From a virus (lineage: Duplodnaviria > Caudoviricetes), in the IMG/VR virus record IMGVR_UViG_2740892367_000002, positions 1-64,000 of that record: a DNA stretch of 64,000 nt. The stretch is one strand, 5' to 3'. Positions 54,860-64,000 of the stretch are shown piece by piece. A program made the position numbers and the translations under genes. Under the pieces are notes generated by a model. It saw only the letters and a program-made list of their open reading frames with translations, did not search any database and was not told the origin of the DNA. Position 1 is the stretch's first letter. Each line of letters begins with the position of its first letter.

Positions 54860-56973
54860 TCCGCGACCAGTTCACGCTTGACCTTGGCAACGAGCTGATC
54901 ATCGACAACTTCGCGGGTGGCGGAGGCACCAGCACCGGTTTGGAGGCCGCCTTCGGTCGGCCGGTTGATATCGCCATCAACCACGACCCTGAAGCGTTGG
55001 CGATGCACGCGCTTAATCACCCATACACCAAGCACCATTGCGAAAGCGTGTGGGATGTTGACCCGATAGAGGTTACCAACAACCGGCCTGTCGGCCTGGT
55101 TTGGCTCTCGCCAGACTGCAAGCACTTCTCGAAGGCCAAGGGCGGCACACCGGTCTCAAAGCATATTCGTGGCCTGGCCTGGGTCGGCATGCGCTGGGTG
55201 GCGCTCACCAAGCCGCGCGTGCTCATGCTGGAGAACGTCGAAGAGTTCCAGACCTGGGGCCCCGTCATCATCGCGCCCGATGGCACCTCGTACCCGGACC
55301 CGAAGCGTAAGGGCAAGACTTTCCAGAGCTTCGTGCGGCAGTTGCGCCAGCATGGCTACAAGGTGGACTGGCGGGAACTGCGCGCTTGCGACAACGGCGC
55401 GCCGACGATCCGCAAACGCCTGTTTCTGATCGCCCGGCGCGATGGGCTGCCGATCTTCTGGCCGGAGCAGACTCACGCCGAGCCCAGCGATCGCCGCGTC
55501 TTGGCTGGCAAGTTGGCGCCATACCGAACGGCGGCTGAATGCATCGACTTCAGCCTGCCCGCAGAAAGCGTGTTCGGTCGCAAACGTGATCTGGCACACA
55601 ACACCATGCGCCGAGTCGCGAAAGGTTTGTGGCGCCACGTTCTGACAAGCGGAAGCCCGTTCATCGTCGGCGTCGGCGGACGCATGGGCCAGTCGCCCTC
55701 GCGTTCCGTCCACTCGCCAGCGCAGACGATCACGTCGAAGGCTGACTCATGCGTTGCCCAGCCGGTCCTTGCGCCGTACCTGAGCGAGCACGCAAACGCC
55801 AGCAACCAGCGCACCATGCCAGCGGACGCACCACTGCGCACGATCTGCGCCCAGGTGAAGGGCGGACACTTTTCGGTCGTTGCGCCGACATTGGCCCCAC
55901 TGCGGGGCACATCTGAGGCCCATCTTTGCGGCCATGATGTACAGGCGCCGCTGTCCACAATTTCGGCAGGTGGCACGCACCATGGTTTGATCGGCGCCCA
56001 TTTGGTCACCATCGGCTACGGCGAGCGGCAAGGGCAGGACGCGCGCGCGCAGGATATCGCTGGGCCGCTCGGCACAGTCGTCACAGCCAACAAGCATGCG
56101 ATGGTGGCTGCCCATCTGACCAAGTTTCGCACAGGCAGCGAGGGGCAGAGCTTGGACGAGCCGATGCCGACAGTCACCGCAAACAGCTACATCAAACGGC
56201 CTGGCGGCTCCGCTCCGCTAGGCATCGTCGCCGCGCATCTTACTCACCTGACGCACCACGGCGAGCGCGCCGGCACCACGCCGGCCGAGCCGCTGCCTAC
56301 CGTGACAGGAGCGAACCGCGGCGAGCAAGTGCTGGTGACCGCGTGTATGGAGCAGGCGTATGGCGGCTTCTACGAGGACAACGATGGACGCGCCGCAGAT
56401 GTGCCTCTGTCGACAGTCATGTCCAAGGGTGCCAACCAGAGGCTGATCACTGCCTACCTCGTGAAGTACTACAGCGAGGGCGGGCAGGATTCCGCCTGCA
56501 ATGAGCCAATGCACACGGTCCCCACCAAGGCTCGCATGGGCTTGGTGGAGACGTTGCAGGTTCCGGCCGCCACCCTGGCACCTGAGCACGTGGAGCGTGC
56601 TCGCGCGTGCGCCGAGCTGCTGCACGAGCACCTACCGGAGCAGTTCCCTTCGCCCGCCGATCTGGTCCTCATGCACCACGATGGCCAGTGGTGGGTCCTC
56701 GTGGACATCACCCTTCGGATGCTGAAGCCGCCCGAACTGTACAAGGCGCAGTCCTTTCCGGATTGGTATATCACCCATGAGATTCCGAACCCGGAACTGC
56801 TGTTCAAGGACGGCGTACAGGTGCCCGGCGATCCGCGCCTGATTCCGCGAATCCCTCTGACGATCACAGCCCAGGTGCGCATGTGCGGCAACAGCGTGTC
56901 GCCAGTTCAGGCTGAGGCGCTTACTCGCACGAACTTCAGGCATGAGCAGCTACTGCAGCGGGTGGTGGCATGA
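54856..56973 (+). CDS. DNA (cytosine-5) methyltransferase with expanded variable region
   Basis: FAGGGG (I), SPDC (IV), ENV (VI), RKRLF (VIII), RML..EL (IX), GNSV (X). Confidence 0.92.
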   Translation: MIRDQFTLDLGNELIIDNFAGGGGTSTGLEAAFGRPVDIAINHDPEALAMHALNHPYTKHHCESVWDVDPIEVTNNRPVGLVWLSPDCKHFSKAKGGTPVSKHIRGLAWVGMRWVALTKPRVLMLENVEEFQTWGPVIIAPDGTSYPDPKRKGKTFQSFVRQLRQHGYKVDWRELRACDNGAPTIRKRLFLIARRDGLPIFWPEQTHAEPSDRRVLAGKLAPYRTAAECIDFSLPAESVFGRKRDLAHNTMRRVAKGLWRHVLTSGSPFIVGVGGRMGQSPSRSVHSPAQTITSKADSCVAQPVLAPYLSEHANASNQRTMPADAPLRTICAQVKGGHFSVVAPTLAPLRGTSEAHLCGHDVQAPLSTISAGGTHHGLIGAHLVTIGYGERQGQDARAQDIAGPLGTVVTANKHAMVAAHLTKFRTGSEGQSLDEPMPTVTANSYIKRPGGSAPLGIVAAHLTHLTHHGERAGTTPAEPLPTVTGANRGEQVLVTACMEQAYGGFYEDNDGRAADVPLSTVMSKGANQRLITAYLVKYYSEGGQDSACNEPMHTVPTKARMGLVETLQVPAATLAPEHVERARACAELLHEHLPEQFPSPADLVLMHHDGQWWVLVDITLRMLKPPELYKAQSFPDWYITHEIPNPELLFKDGVQVPGDPRLIPRIPLTITAQVRMCGNSVSPVQAEALTRTNFRHEQLLQRVVA

Positions 56974-57428
56974 TCGGCCGCAGCACCAAGCCCCTGAAGC
57001 GCTCGACCCCGCTGCAGCAGCGCACGCCCATGAAGCGAACCTGCGGCTTGAAGCAGGGTGGCAGCCAGCTCGCGCGCACGCCGATGAAGCGCAAATCTCC
57101 GAAGCGTCGGCCGATGGCGCAACGCCGTTATGCGCTGGCCTGCCGCGGCGAGCCCTGCTATTTGCTGATCCCCGGCGCGCCGTCGCACGACCTTGCCAGC
57201 GTTGTCGACTGCCACAGCAACCAGCAGAAGCACGGTAAGGGCATGTTGATCAAGGCCGACGACGAGAAGACGGTACCGGGCTGCGCCTGGTGCCATCACG
57301 CCATCGACCAGGGCAATTGGCTGACGAAGGAAGAGCGCCGCGACTACTGGGATGACGCGTACCGCCGTTGGGTGCCAGTGCGCGCCGTGAAGATGGCCGG
57401 GCAGGGGAAGAGCGGAGGGGGCGCTTGA
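56970..57428 (+). CDS. Zn-binding nuclease-like protein (DUF1364/YbcO-like)
   Basis: CRGEPC...DCH...GKGMLIKADD...GCAWCHHAID. Confidence 0.7.
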   Translation: MIGRSTKPLKRSTPLQQRTPMKRTCGLKQGGSQLARTPMKRKSPKRRPMAQRRYALACRGEPCYLLIPGAPSHDLASVVDCHSNQQKHGKGMLIKADDEKTVPGCAWCHHAIDQGNWLTKEERRDYWDDAYRRWVPVRAVKMAGQGKSGGGA

Positions 57429-58372
57429 GCACGCTGATCATGTCGCAGTGCTGGTCCCTCCAGATGCCACCGACGCCCAAGGCAGTCCTGATTTCGCTCG
57501 CCGATAACGCGAACGACCAGGGGGTGTGCTGGCCGTCGATCGACACGATCGCCATGCGCACCTGCTTTTCCGAACGTGCAGTCCAGAACGCCATTAAGTG
57601 GCTGGAGACGAACCGTCTGTTGCGCGCAGAGCGCGTCACTGGGAAAAGCACCAACTACGTCCTGACGCCGGATCGGTATCAACCACCCGCAGGAGATGCA
57701 CCCCCGCAGGAAGTGCACCCCGCAGGATGTGCACCAACCCCCGCAGCAGGTGCGCCCCAACCCCCGCAGCAGATGCACCAACCCCCGCAGGAGGTGCACC
57801 CAAACCGTAAAGAACCACCATCTGAACCATCAGGGAACCGTAAGAGGTCGCCGGCCAGGGCCGACGACGATGCAACGACGGCATTGAAGGCAAAGGACCT
57901 GATCGCCGAGGGCGTCGACCGGCAGCACGCGAAGGACTGGCTGACGCTGCGAAAGGCCAAGCGCCTGCCGCTTACGCCGACGGCATGGCAGACCGTCAAG
58001 GATGAGGCGGCGAAGGTGGGCATGACTGCCCCCGAGGCGGTCAAGTACTCGGTGGGCTCGAACTGGGCGGGCTTCAAAGCATCGTGGATTGAACGCGATC
58101 GGGCCAGTGCCGGCGGCAGCCAAGTGTTCGCTGGACAGTCATCTGTTGCCGCCGATTGGTGGACCACCAAGGATGGAATCTATGCCAAGGCCGCCGAGCT
58201 AGGAGTAACCGAAGGCGATGGCGAAATCTTCTTATCGTTCCGCATTCGTGTCAGCGCCAAGGCTGGTGAAGGTCCGTGGCGCCAGCACCTCTACCGCGAG
58301 TTCTCGCGCGATGAGGGCATGACCGAGCGTCTCAACACTGCGTTTCAGCCCAACCGAAGGAGCGAGGCATGA
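57425..58372 (+). CDS. Replication initiator (wHTH, lambda O-like)
   Basis: KAVLISLADNANDQG.CWPSIDTIA..T..SERAVQ.AIKWL; internal iterons. Confidence 0.85.
   Translation: MSTLIMSQCWSLQMPPTPKAVLISLADNANDQGVCWPSIDTIAMRTCFSERAVQNAIKWLETNRLLRAERVTGKSTNYVLTPDRYQPPAGDAPPQEVHPAGCAPTPAAGAPQPPQQMHQPPQEVHPNRKEPPSEPSGNRKRSPARADDDATTALKAKDLIAEGVDRQHAKDWLTLRKAKRLPLTPTAWQTVKDEAAKVGMTAPEAVKYSVGSNWAGFKASWIERDRASAGGSQVFAGQSSVAADWWTTKDGIYAKAAELGVTEGDGEIFLSFRIRVSAKAGEGPWRQHLYREFSRDEGMTERLNTAFQPNRRSEA
57686..57799 (+). repeat. Six iterons (origin of prophage 2)
   Basis: CCCGCAG(G/C)AN(A/G)TGC six times at 17-21 bp spacing. Confidence 0.8.
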
Positions 58373-58662
58373 CGCCGAAACAGTGCATCACCTGCGAGCG
58401 CTTCACCATGAAGCCGCGCACCGGGGAAGGGGAGGCGCACCTGACTGCCAGCGATCGGACACATGCACGTGTCGGTATGGGGCGGTGCCTGGAAGAGACG
58501 CTGGTGATGCGCTGGATCAGCGCCGAGTCGCCAGCATGCGAGAAGCACGAACCGGTCAGCAAAGAACAAGCGGCGCAGCGCCGCGAGTGGATCAAGGGGA
58601 GGGCCCCGCTACAGCGTGATGGCCATCCCAGCGCCCGCGATTACCGCGCCGAGAATGAATAG
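58369..58662 (+). CDS. Small Cys-containing hypothetical protein
   Basis: CITCERF...GRC...PACEKH. Confidence 0.6.
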   Translation: MTPKQCITCERFTMKPRTGEGEAHLTASDRTHARVGMGRCLEETLVMRWISAESPACEKHEPVSKEQAAQRREWIKGRAPLQRDGHPSARDYRAENE

Positions 58663-59013
58663 GAAGATGGAGAAAACTATGAAGTTCATCGAGCTGGTGT
58701 CGAAAGACTCTGCCTTCTGTGAATCGCCTTTCAAGATCGCTCGAGCAGTGGCAGATCGGTTACCGAACGCAAGAATCACGAAAACTGCTCCCAGGAGGAA
58801 GGCGCTTGCAGCCCCCAGAGCATACGGCTTGAAGCCGGCCGAACTGCCCTTCGTCAGAACGTTTTGCAGAAATCCAAGCATTGCCACCACAGATCCGGCA
58901 TTTAGGACCAAGCAGGCTTTCAGTGCCTCAGTCAGTCCGGCTTCCATGTTGCTCCAGTGCCTGCGAGCGTCTTCCGTCGCTTTCTGTTGGTCAACTCCGT
59001 TCACTGCTTTCAC
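58609..59013 (-). CDS. Membrane protein (moron-like)
   Basis: Three hydrophobic segments, opposite strand, lower GC. Confidence 0.65.
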   Translation of the reverse strand: MKAVNGVDQQKATEDARRHWSNMEAGLTEALKACLVLNAGSVVAMLGFLQNVLTKGSSAGFKPYALGAASAFLLGAVFVILAFGNRSATARAILKGDSQKAESFDTSSMNFIVFSIFLFILGAVIAGAGMAITL

Positions 59014-59133
59014 TCCAAGAGCGTGGGAGAAACGATCCTATCACGCAGTCGATCGCTGTTGCCATGGCGATAGCTTCAAGGATGCCCGCGTCGTGGCAAC
59101 TGTTACGGATGCCGCCGCAAGGATGACGCCAGC

Positions 59134-59589
59134 ATGAGCAAGATGCTCCGATGGTCCGCCGAGCAGCTTGCCGCGCACCAGGCGCGCGTGCCCAAGCCCG
59201 CGCCGGCTGCCCCGTCCAAAGCCGACCGCGCCGCGGCGGTGCTGAAGCGAAACCAGGCCAAGGGCCGGCTGCCGCGCGGGACCATGAACAAGACCGAAGC
59301 CCGGTATGGGATCTACCTGGATCAGCAGAAGCTGGCCGGCGCTGTGCTGTGGTGGAACTTCGAGGGCATCAAGCTGATGCTCGCCAAGAACACCTCTATC
59401 ACGATCGACTTTGCGGTGATGTCTGCTTCCGGTGTGCTCGAAATGCACGACGTGAAGGGCGCCAAGGCAATGATCGAGGACGACGCACGGGCCAAAACTA
59501 AGGTGGCGGCAGCCCTTTACCCGTTCGTTTTCAAATTCGTCTACCCGGCAGGAAAGGGCAGCGATGGCTGGATTGAAGAGGAAATCTGA
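59134..59589 (+). CDS. PD-(D/E)xK-type nuclease (DUF1064-like)
   Basis: MNKTEARY...IDFAV...EMHDVKG. Confidence 0.7.
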   Translation: MSKMLRWSAEQLAAHQARVPKPAPAAPSKADRAAAVLKRNQAKGRLPRGTMNKTEARYGIYLDQQKLAGAVLWWNFEGIKLMLAKNTSITIDFAVMSASGVLEMHDVKGAKAMIEDDARAKTKVAAALYPFVFKFVYPAGKGSDGWIEEEI

Positions 59590-59590
59590 C

Positions 59591-60103
59591 ATGGCCACGA
59601 AGAAGAAGCGCGACAAGACCTATCGGCCGCGCCCGGTGCGCTCAAACATCGCCGCGCTGCTGTTCGAAAGCGACCAGCCGCTGACGCAGGGCGACCGGGA
59701 GACGATCCTCGGCGCCGCGCATTGGTCCGTCCAGGCGCTGGCACGCGGCCTGGCCGCGAAGGACGACTGGCACACGATCGTGAATGCGCTGAACTGCTCG
59801 CAGGTCCTGTGCGAGACCGCCGGTAACCGCGACGTCGGCCTGTCCGTCATCTACGCGGCACAGAACGCCATGATCAACGTGGGCGAGCGCTGCAAAGCGC
59901 TGGGAGTCATGCGCCTCGGGGCCGGCGATCTGCCGAAGCTCAACGAGGCAATGGCGCTGTATGAATCCCTGTTGTCGGCGGTGACCAAGCGCCAGCACGC
60001 GACGGCGATCTATGAGGCCGATCGGCGCATCCGCTCGGGCAACGTGGTGCGCCTGAAGCGCGAGGGCACGCGCCGGATGGAATTTGCCGGGATCGAGGCA
60101 TGA
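59591..60103 (+). CDS. Phage hypothetical protein
   Basis: Basic N-terminus, helical, coupled to neighbours. Confidence 0.65.
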   Translation: MATKKKRDKTYRPRPVRSNIAALLFESDQPLTQGDRETILGAAHWSVQALARGLAAKDDWHTIVNALNCSQVLCETAGNRDVGLSVIYAAQNAMINVGERCKALGVMRLGAGDLPKLNEAMALYESLLSAVTKRQHATAIYEADRRIRSGNVVRLKREGTRRMEFAGIEA

Positions 60104-60315
60104 CGGTCGAGCGGCTGCCGGCTCGGGGCGAGACGCAGGACGGAGTCACCTACGCGCAGGCGATGGAGGCCTTCGAACGGTACTTCGCCGCCGCACAGGC
60201 CGTGCCGACCATCGCCATCGAGATGGGCATTCCGTTCGATACCGCGTGCCGGGTGCTGGATGGCAAGGCCTGGCCGGCCGCGCGCCAGTACTGGGTGGAC
60301 AAGGTACTTCCATAG
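60100..60315 (+). CDS. Small HTH-like protein
   Basis: VPTIAIEMGIPFDTACRVLDGKAW. Confidence 0.55.
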   Translation: MTVERLPARGETQDGVTYAQAMEAFERYFAAAQAVPTIAIEMGIPFDTACRVLDGKAWPAARQYWVDKVLP

Positions 60316-60352
60316 GATTCGGCGCCATGATGGCGCTTCAACAGGAGAAATT

Positions 60353-60742
60353 GTGAGCTTTTTCTACGTGATTAGCGGTGCTGACGATGATGGGCAGCAA
60401 CAGCATTTGATTGGGTTCCACACGCAGGAACCGCTGCCTACACAAGAGGCCGCAGAGGCGAAAGCCGATGTTCTGAACGAGACCTGGCAGCAGCTGGAGG
60501 TGGAGTTTCTGCGGGATCAGGCTAGGCTGGCACGCGTCAAGGATGGCGGATTCTGGACGGTGCCGGAGCCTGATCTTCATGGCCTGGCGCCCGCTGAAGT
60601 GCTGGGCGGCAGCCCGTTCTCCAAGCGCCTTGCGCAGGTCACCGGCCTGCAGATGGCAATACTCAACGAGCCCTTCCAGAAGCGCTTCGCGCGCATCGTC
60701 GCGCTGATCGAGGCTCCGGATCCGGCAACCGTCATTTCCTGA
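60353..60742 (+). CDS. Hypothetical protein
   Basis: AGGAG RBS before GTG. Confidence 0.5.
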   Translation: MSFFYVISGADDDGQQQHLIGFHTQEPLPTQEAAEAKADVLNETWQQLEVEFLRDQARLARVKDGGFWTVPEPDLHGLAPAEVLGGSPFSKRLAQVTGLQMAILNEPFQKRFARIVALIEAPDPATVIS

Positions 60743-60878
60743 TGATGGCCATGCGGATCAAGTTCCGGGGAATCAATCCGCTTCGCTGGGGGTTCGGTTA
60801 CTGGCATGCGCCGCGCGGCGCCGCAGTGATCGAGCTTGGACCGATCGATATCTACCTGCCGGCCAGCGGCGCACAGCG

Positions 60879-61295
60879 ATGAGCGAGCTGTTCCGCGAGT
60901 TCTCGCTACGCGGCCGAGCGGACTGGGCTGAGGTGGTGGCCACCGTCCGCGCGGCAGCCCCGACCATGGCACGCGACGGTCGACCGCTGCGCGTGATCCT
61001 GGCTGATGACGACCAGGATCGTCTCGAGGAACAGGTGCGGGCGTACTTTTCGCTCGTGATCAATCCGATTGCAGAACAGGTGTGGGTAGATGGCCGGCGC
61101 TTCGAAGCGAAGGCCTGGCACCTGCATATGAAGGATAAATTCCTGCCGGTGCGAGAGGTGCCTCTTCCCGACGGCACCATAAAACTGGTACAACCCAGCA
61201 TCGCCCGCGGTGAGATCACTGTTGGAGCGATGTCCGAATACATGACAAAGGTCGCGGCCCATGCCGCCGCAGACCTCGGGGTGCAGTACGAATGA
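60879..61295 (+). CDS. ninB: NinB-family recombination protein
   Basis: R.EEQ..YF...IAEQVWVDGRRF...WH..MK..FL...MSEYM..V.AHAA..LGV. Confidence 0.78.
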   Translation: MSELFREFSLRGRADWAEVVATVRAAAPTMARDGRPLRVILADDDQDRLEEQVRAYFSLVINPIAEQVWVDGRRFEAKAWHLHMKDKFLPVREVPLPDGTIKLVQPSIARGEITVGAMSEYMTKVAAHAAADLGVQYE

Positions 61296-61659
61296 TCCGG
61301 GTCCCTATTTTCGGGGGCGGGAATTGGGAGCTTATCAACGGAAGTACGCCGCGGCGATCGCGGCCGGTCAGCTATCGCTGACATTTCACTTCGAAGCGCT
61401 TCGCGCGAAGACGAACCGGGACAGAGTCCTGGAAGTCATCAACAGCGCCGATCGGTTGCTGACAGGCCACGAGGTGGCCGAGCGCGCGGGCATCTCATAC
61501 AAGCAGGCACTGGACGCGCTGACTTTTCTCCACAACGAGCGGCGCGTGTTACGCGAGGGGCGAAAGTTCACGTCTCGCTGGGGCCGCGCTGTGCCAGAGA
61601 CTGGACATACGGGGCTGGAAGGCTTCTTTCACATCATCGCGTGCCCCTGCATCGCCTGA
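61261..61659 (+). CDS. wHTH-like hypothetical protein (start uncertain)
   Basis: LTGHEVAERAGISYKQALDALTFL. Confidence 0.5.
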   Translation: MPPQTSGCSTNDPGPYFRGRELGAYQRKYAAAIAAGQLSLTFHFEALRAKTNRDRVLEVINSADRLLTGHEVAERAGISYKQALDALTFLHNERRVLREGRKFTSRWGRAVPETGHTGLEGFFHIIACPCIA

Positions 61660-61769
61660 CTCGTTCGGCGTGCCTGGGAGCGGGGAAGAGGCCACGCGGC
61701 AACGGTGCCTCAGTGCCAAAGCCCGCGCCAGTCGCTTCGACGCTCGGTCGAAGCCGTTCATGGAAGAGC

Positions 61770-62123
61770 TTAAGGTTCGGGCGAAGAGGGCGAAGGGCGG
61801 GGGTTAGTGAGCTCGGTGTATTTGTGCTTATAGGGCTCCAGGTGCAAGGCATATCCCTCCAGCTCGTCAATTCGATCCCGTAGCTTCTTCTTTTCGTTTT
61901 CAGTTAGGTAGTTGAGCAGGTACACGACGATCAGCGGCAGAGCCATGAGGAGCAAGATGAGGCCGCCGATGACAAGAGATGGAATGTCAAACAGGGAGAA
62001 CACGCGGTTCCGTGTTTCTCTGATGATCCAAAATGCCGGGATGTAGAGGCACACGAGCATGTACCATGCGGCGGGGCCGGTCAGGCGCATCTTCCAAACA
62101 TGGAGCCGATCGTAGGTCATCAT
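61770..62123 (-). CDS. Membrane protein (moron-like)
   Basis: Two TM segments plus coiled coil; opposite strand. Confidence 0.6.
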   Translation of the reverse strand: MMTYDRLHVWKMRLTGPAAWYMLVCLYIPAFWIIRETRNRVFSLFDIPSLVIGGLILLLMALPLIVVYLLNYLTENEKKKLRDRIDELEGYALHLEPYKHKYTELTNPRPSPSSPEP

Positions 62124-62430
62124 CCTGGTTAGAGGTTCGTTCTCATGGATTCCAGCCTAGCGTCCCTCGCTCGCAAGCCAAGCCCTCCGGAAGTTGGGGC
62201 ACATCTTGATCGATTTGAATACGGTCAAACAGGCCAAATTTGGCCGTGTTTGTAGCTCGCGAATCTCGGTACAGTTCGCGGCAGCGACAACAATTGGCAG
62301 CGGAGGTGGCTAGCCCGCTTGCGTGGGTGTCCATCGTTTTGTTAGTGTCAACTTCAAGCCCGGATTTCAACATATCGTTTCCGGAGGGATGCGGGCTACA
62401 TTGAACTGGTAATGAGTCAGAGATGACTGA

Positions 62431-62877
62431 TTATTTGGCGCGTTTGCTAGGCGCGGCTGGTGGGGGCGCTGGATTGCGAGCCATCCCGCGGGCCTGGAGT
62501 TGGATGGTGCCGTTGTCTGGGAAGTAATGCGAGGCCTCGGCAAACATCTCTTTGATTTGCGCGATCTTCATATCTTTATCGATGACAAAGAAATACACGG
62601 GCTCTGTGTCACCGCTCAGGGCAGCGGTGACAAGCCCGGCCAACGCTTCATCCGGGGTTACGCCATGCTTGTTGGCGTACGCAGTCACGTCAATCAGTGC
62701 TTCGGCAATGGCGGCCGTCATCAGCGGCGTGTTCGAAAATGTTGTCTCGAACGAATGCTGAAGTCGAGCAATGATCTCGGCATTAAGGGATCTCTTCGTA
62801 CTCACGGAAGCCTCTTCCAAGCTGGCTTTCAGCTCAGCTGGCATCCGGATATTCACTTGCGGGTCAGAGCGCGCCAT
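62431..62877 (-). CDS. Arc/Mnt-family RHH repressor with C-terminal extension
   Basis: DPQVNIRMPAELK..LEE.....RSLNAEIIARL. Confidence 0.85.
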   Translation of the reverse strand: MARSDPQVNIRMPAELKASLEEASVSTKRSLNAEIIARLQHSFETTFSNTPLMTAAIAEALIDVTAYANKHGVTPDEALAGLVTAALSGDTEPVYFFVIDKDMKIAQIKEMFAEASHYFPDNGTIQLQARGMARNPAPPPAAPSKRAK

Positions 62878-62908
62878 CGAGTTGCTCCTGAGAAAGTGCT
62901 TGCAGATA

Positions 62909-62955
62909 TGCTAGCACCGTACTACCATCTATTCGTGCTAGCACCATGATAGCAC
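62909..62955. promoter_or_regulatory. Operator repeats between divergent Arc-family genes
   Basis: TGCTAGCACC at 62909 and 62936, TGATAGCAC at 62947. Confidence 0.65.
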
Positions 62956-62988
62956 GATAGCTTGATATCAACTTGATATGGAGGCCCT

Positions 62989-63177
62989 ATGAAAGGAGCG
63001 CGCCAGATGCCTGGCGTCCTTGTGAAAATGCCGATCGAACTGAAAGAACAAATTCAGGACGCGGCCCAAAGGCGATTTCGCAGTATGAACGCGGAGATCG
63101 TTCGCAGGCTTGCAGAGAGCTTGGAAAAAGAAAACGCCCCGGTGGTTGCAGCCACCGAGGCGTCGTATAGCAAGTGA
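62989..63177 (+). CDS. Arc-family RHH repressor
   Basis: VKMPIELKEQI...RSMNAEIVRRL; GGAGG RBS. Confidence 0.85.
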   Translation: MKGARQMPGVLVKMPIELKEQIQDAAQRRFRSMNAEIVRRLAESLEKENAPVVAATEASYSK

Positions 63178-63198
63178 ACCCCTATCAAGGAACACTCA

Positions 63199-63525
63199 AT
63201 GAGTAAGAATAGCACACCCGTCAAGCCTATCCAGGCCGAGAATCGTACGGAATCGGCGAAGCCGGTAGCAGTTGTTCACTGCTACAACGTTACGGCAACG
63301 TGCATCGATAGCCGTGCTGTCGTCACCGCCAATACCCACGACACGCCCGCGTCGGCTGCAAGGGCGAAATCCGCCCAGTTACACGCGCTTCTGAGCGCGA
63401 CCGCCGAGGCAATGGATGGTGCTCCGCAGGATATCCGTGACAACCTGATCATCCTGGCTACGGACGTGGCGCGAGAGGTCCGCGCGCTGTGTGAACTCGC
63501 CGAACTTGCGACGGAGGCAGCATGA
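63199..63525 (+). CDS. Hypothetical protein
   Basis: 108 aa; stop overlaps antirepressor start. Confidence 0.55.
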   Translation: MSKNSTPVKPIQAENRTESAKPVAVVHCYNVTATCIDSRAVVTANTHDTPASAARAKSAQLHALLSATAEAMDGAPQDIRDNLIILATDVAREVRALCELAELATEAA

Positions 63526-64000
63526 ACCAGATCATTGCAGTGAGAGCTTTGGCGATCGGTGGTGAGCAGGCTCAGGCGGTCAACGCGAGAGAACTCCATG
63601 CCTTCTTGGAGGTCGGGAAGGTCTTTGCTGCTTGGATTCAAGAGCGCATCACCCAGTACGGATTCGTGGCAGGGACTGACTTTGAGGTTTTTTCCGAAAC
63701 TGGAAATAACCCCACTGGCGGTCGTCCGGCCAAGGAATACGCTATCAGCTTGGACATGGCCAAGGAACTGGCCATGGTCGAGCGCAATGAGAAGGGCAAG
63801 CAGGCCCGCCAGTACTTCATCGCCTGCGAGCGACGGGCCAAGCTGCTGGCGAAGGCGGTCCAGATCCCGCAATCTCTGCCCGAGGCGCTGCGCTTGGCTG
63901 CGGATGAAGCGGAGCGTCGAGCTGCCGCCGAGGCTCAGCTTGCCGTCGCCGCACCCAAGGCCGAAGCCCTGGATCGCATCGCCACGGCGGAAGGCTCACT
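63522..64000 (+). CDS. ant: AntA/AntB-type antirepressor (runs off window; not in ORF track)
   Basis: Read manually: VNARELHAFLEVGK.FAAWIQERI..YGF...GGRP.KEY.ISLDMAKELAMVERNEKGKQARQYFI. Confidence 0.88.
   Translation, partial: MNQIIAVRALAIGGEQAQAVNARELHAFLEVGKVFAAWIQERITQYGFVAGTDFEVFSETGNNPTGGRPAKEYAISLDMAKELAMVERNEKGKQARQYFIACERRAKLLAKAVQIPQSLPEALRLAADEAERRAAAEAQLAVAAPKAEALDRIATAEGS

Larger units (their letters stand above)
38171..64000. mobile_element. Prophage 2 (left part only; continues beyond window)
   Basis: Second int/xis next to att core; early, immunity, replication, nin and antirepressor modules. Confidence 0.92.

Noticed and set aside
57686-57799. CRISPR-like array
   Set aside because: Short degenerate repeats with only a few bases between them, inside the initiator gene; they fit iterons

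Overview
GC-rich, probably betaproteobacterial (Burkholderiaceae-like; inferred from gene content and codon style) chromosomal window. Almost all of it is two temperate prophages inserted in tandem at one tRNA-His(GTG) gene (376-452). Prophage 1 (about 405-38219) is bounded by a perfect 49-bp direct repeat of the tRNA 3' half and looks complete. It is a lambdoid-organised podovirus with int/xis, a leftward early operon (ParB-like, PP-loop/PAPS-reductase-like, Lar fusion, YqaJ, RecT, HNH), a cI/cro/cII switch with visible operators, replication genes with iterons, and BPP-1/epsilon15-type terminase, portal, capsid, tail, ejection, tailspike and lysis genes. Prophage 2 starts at the second att core (38171) and runs off the window end. 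It carries a related but distinct integrase, ASCH, Lar, two DNA methyltransferases, a second PP-loop protein, an RdgC-FtsK-gamma fusion, ERF/YqaJ, a short repressor, replication genes, ninB and an Arc/Arc/antirepressor region. The strongest leads are: (i) four ordered 17-35 bp microhomology 'joints' shared by otherwise dissimilar modular early genes of the two phages; (ii) a second XRE regulator in prophage 2 whose paired operator-like boxes recur, with the same 23-bp spacing, upstream of a small ORF next to OL; (iii) repressors in both phages that look non-autocleavable; (iv) a fibre-like late protein with a Sec-type signal peptide; (v) a loop-E-containing structured RNA candidate; (vi) a C5 methyltransferase with eight TRD-like repeats. 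All family assignments come from motif recognition by eye; no database search was run.
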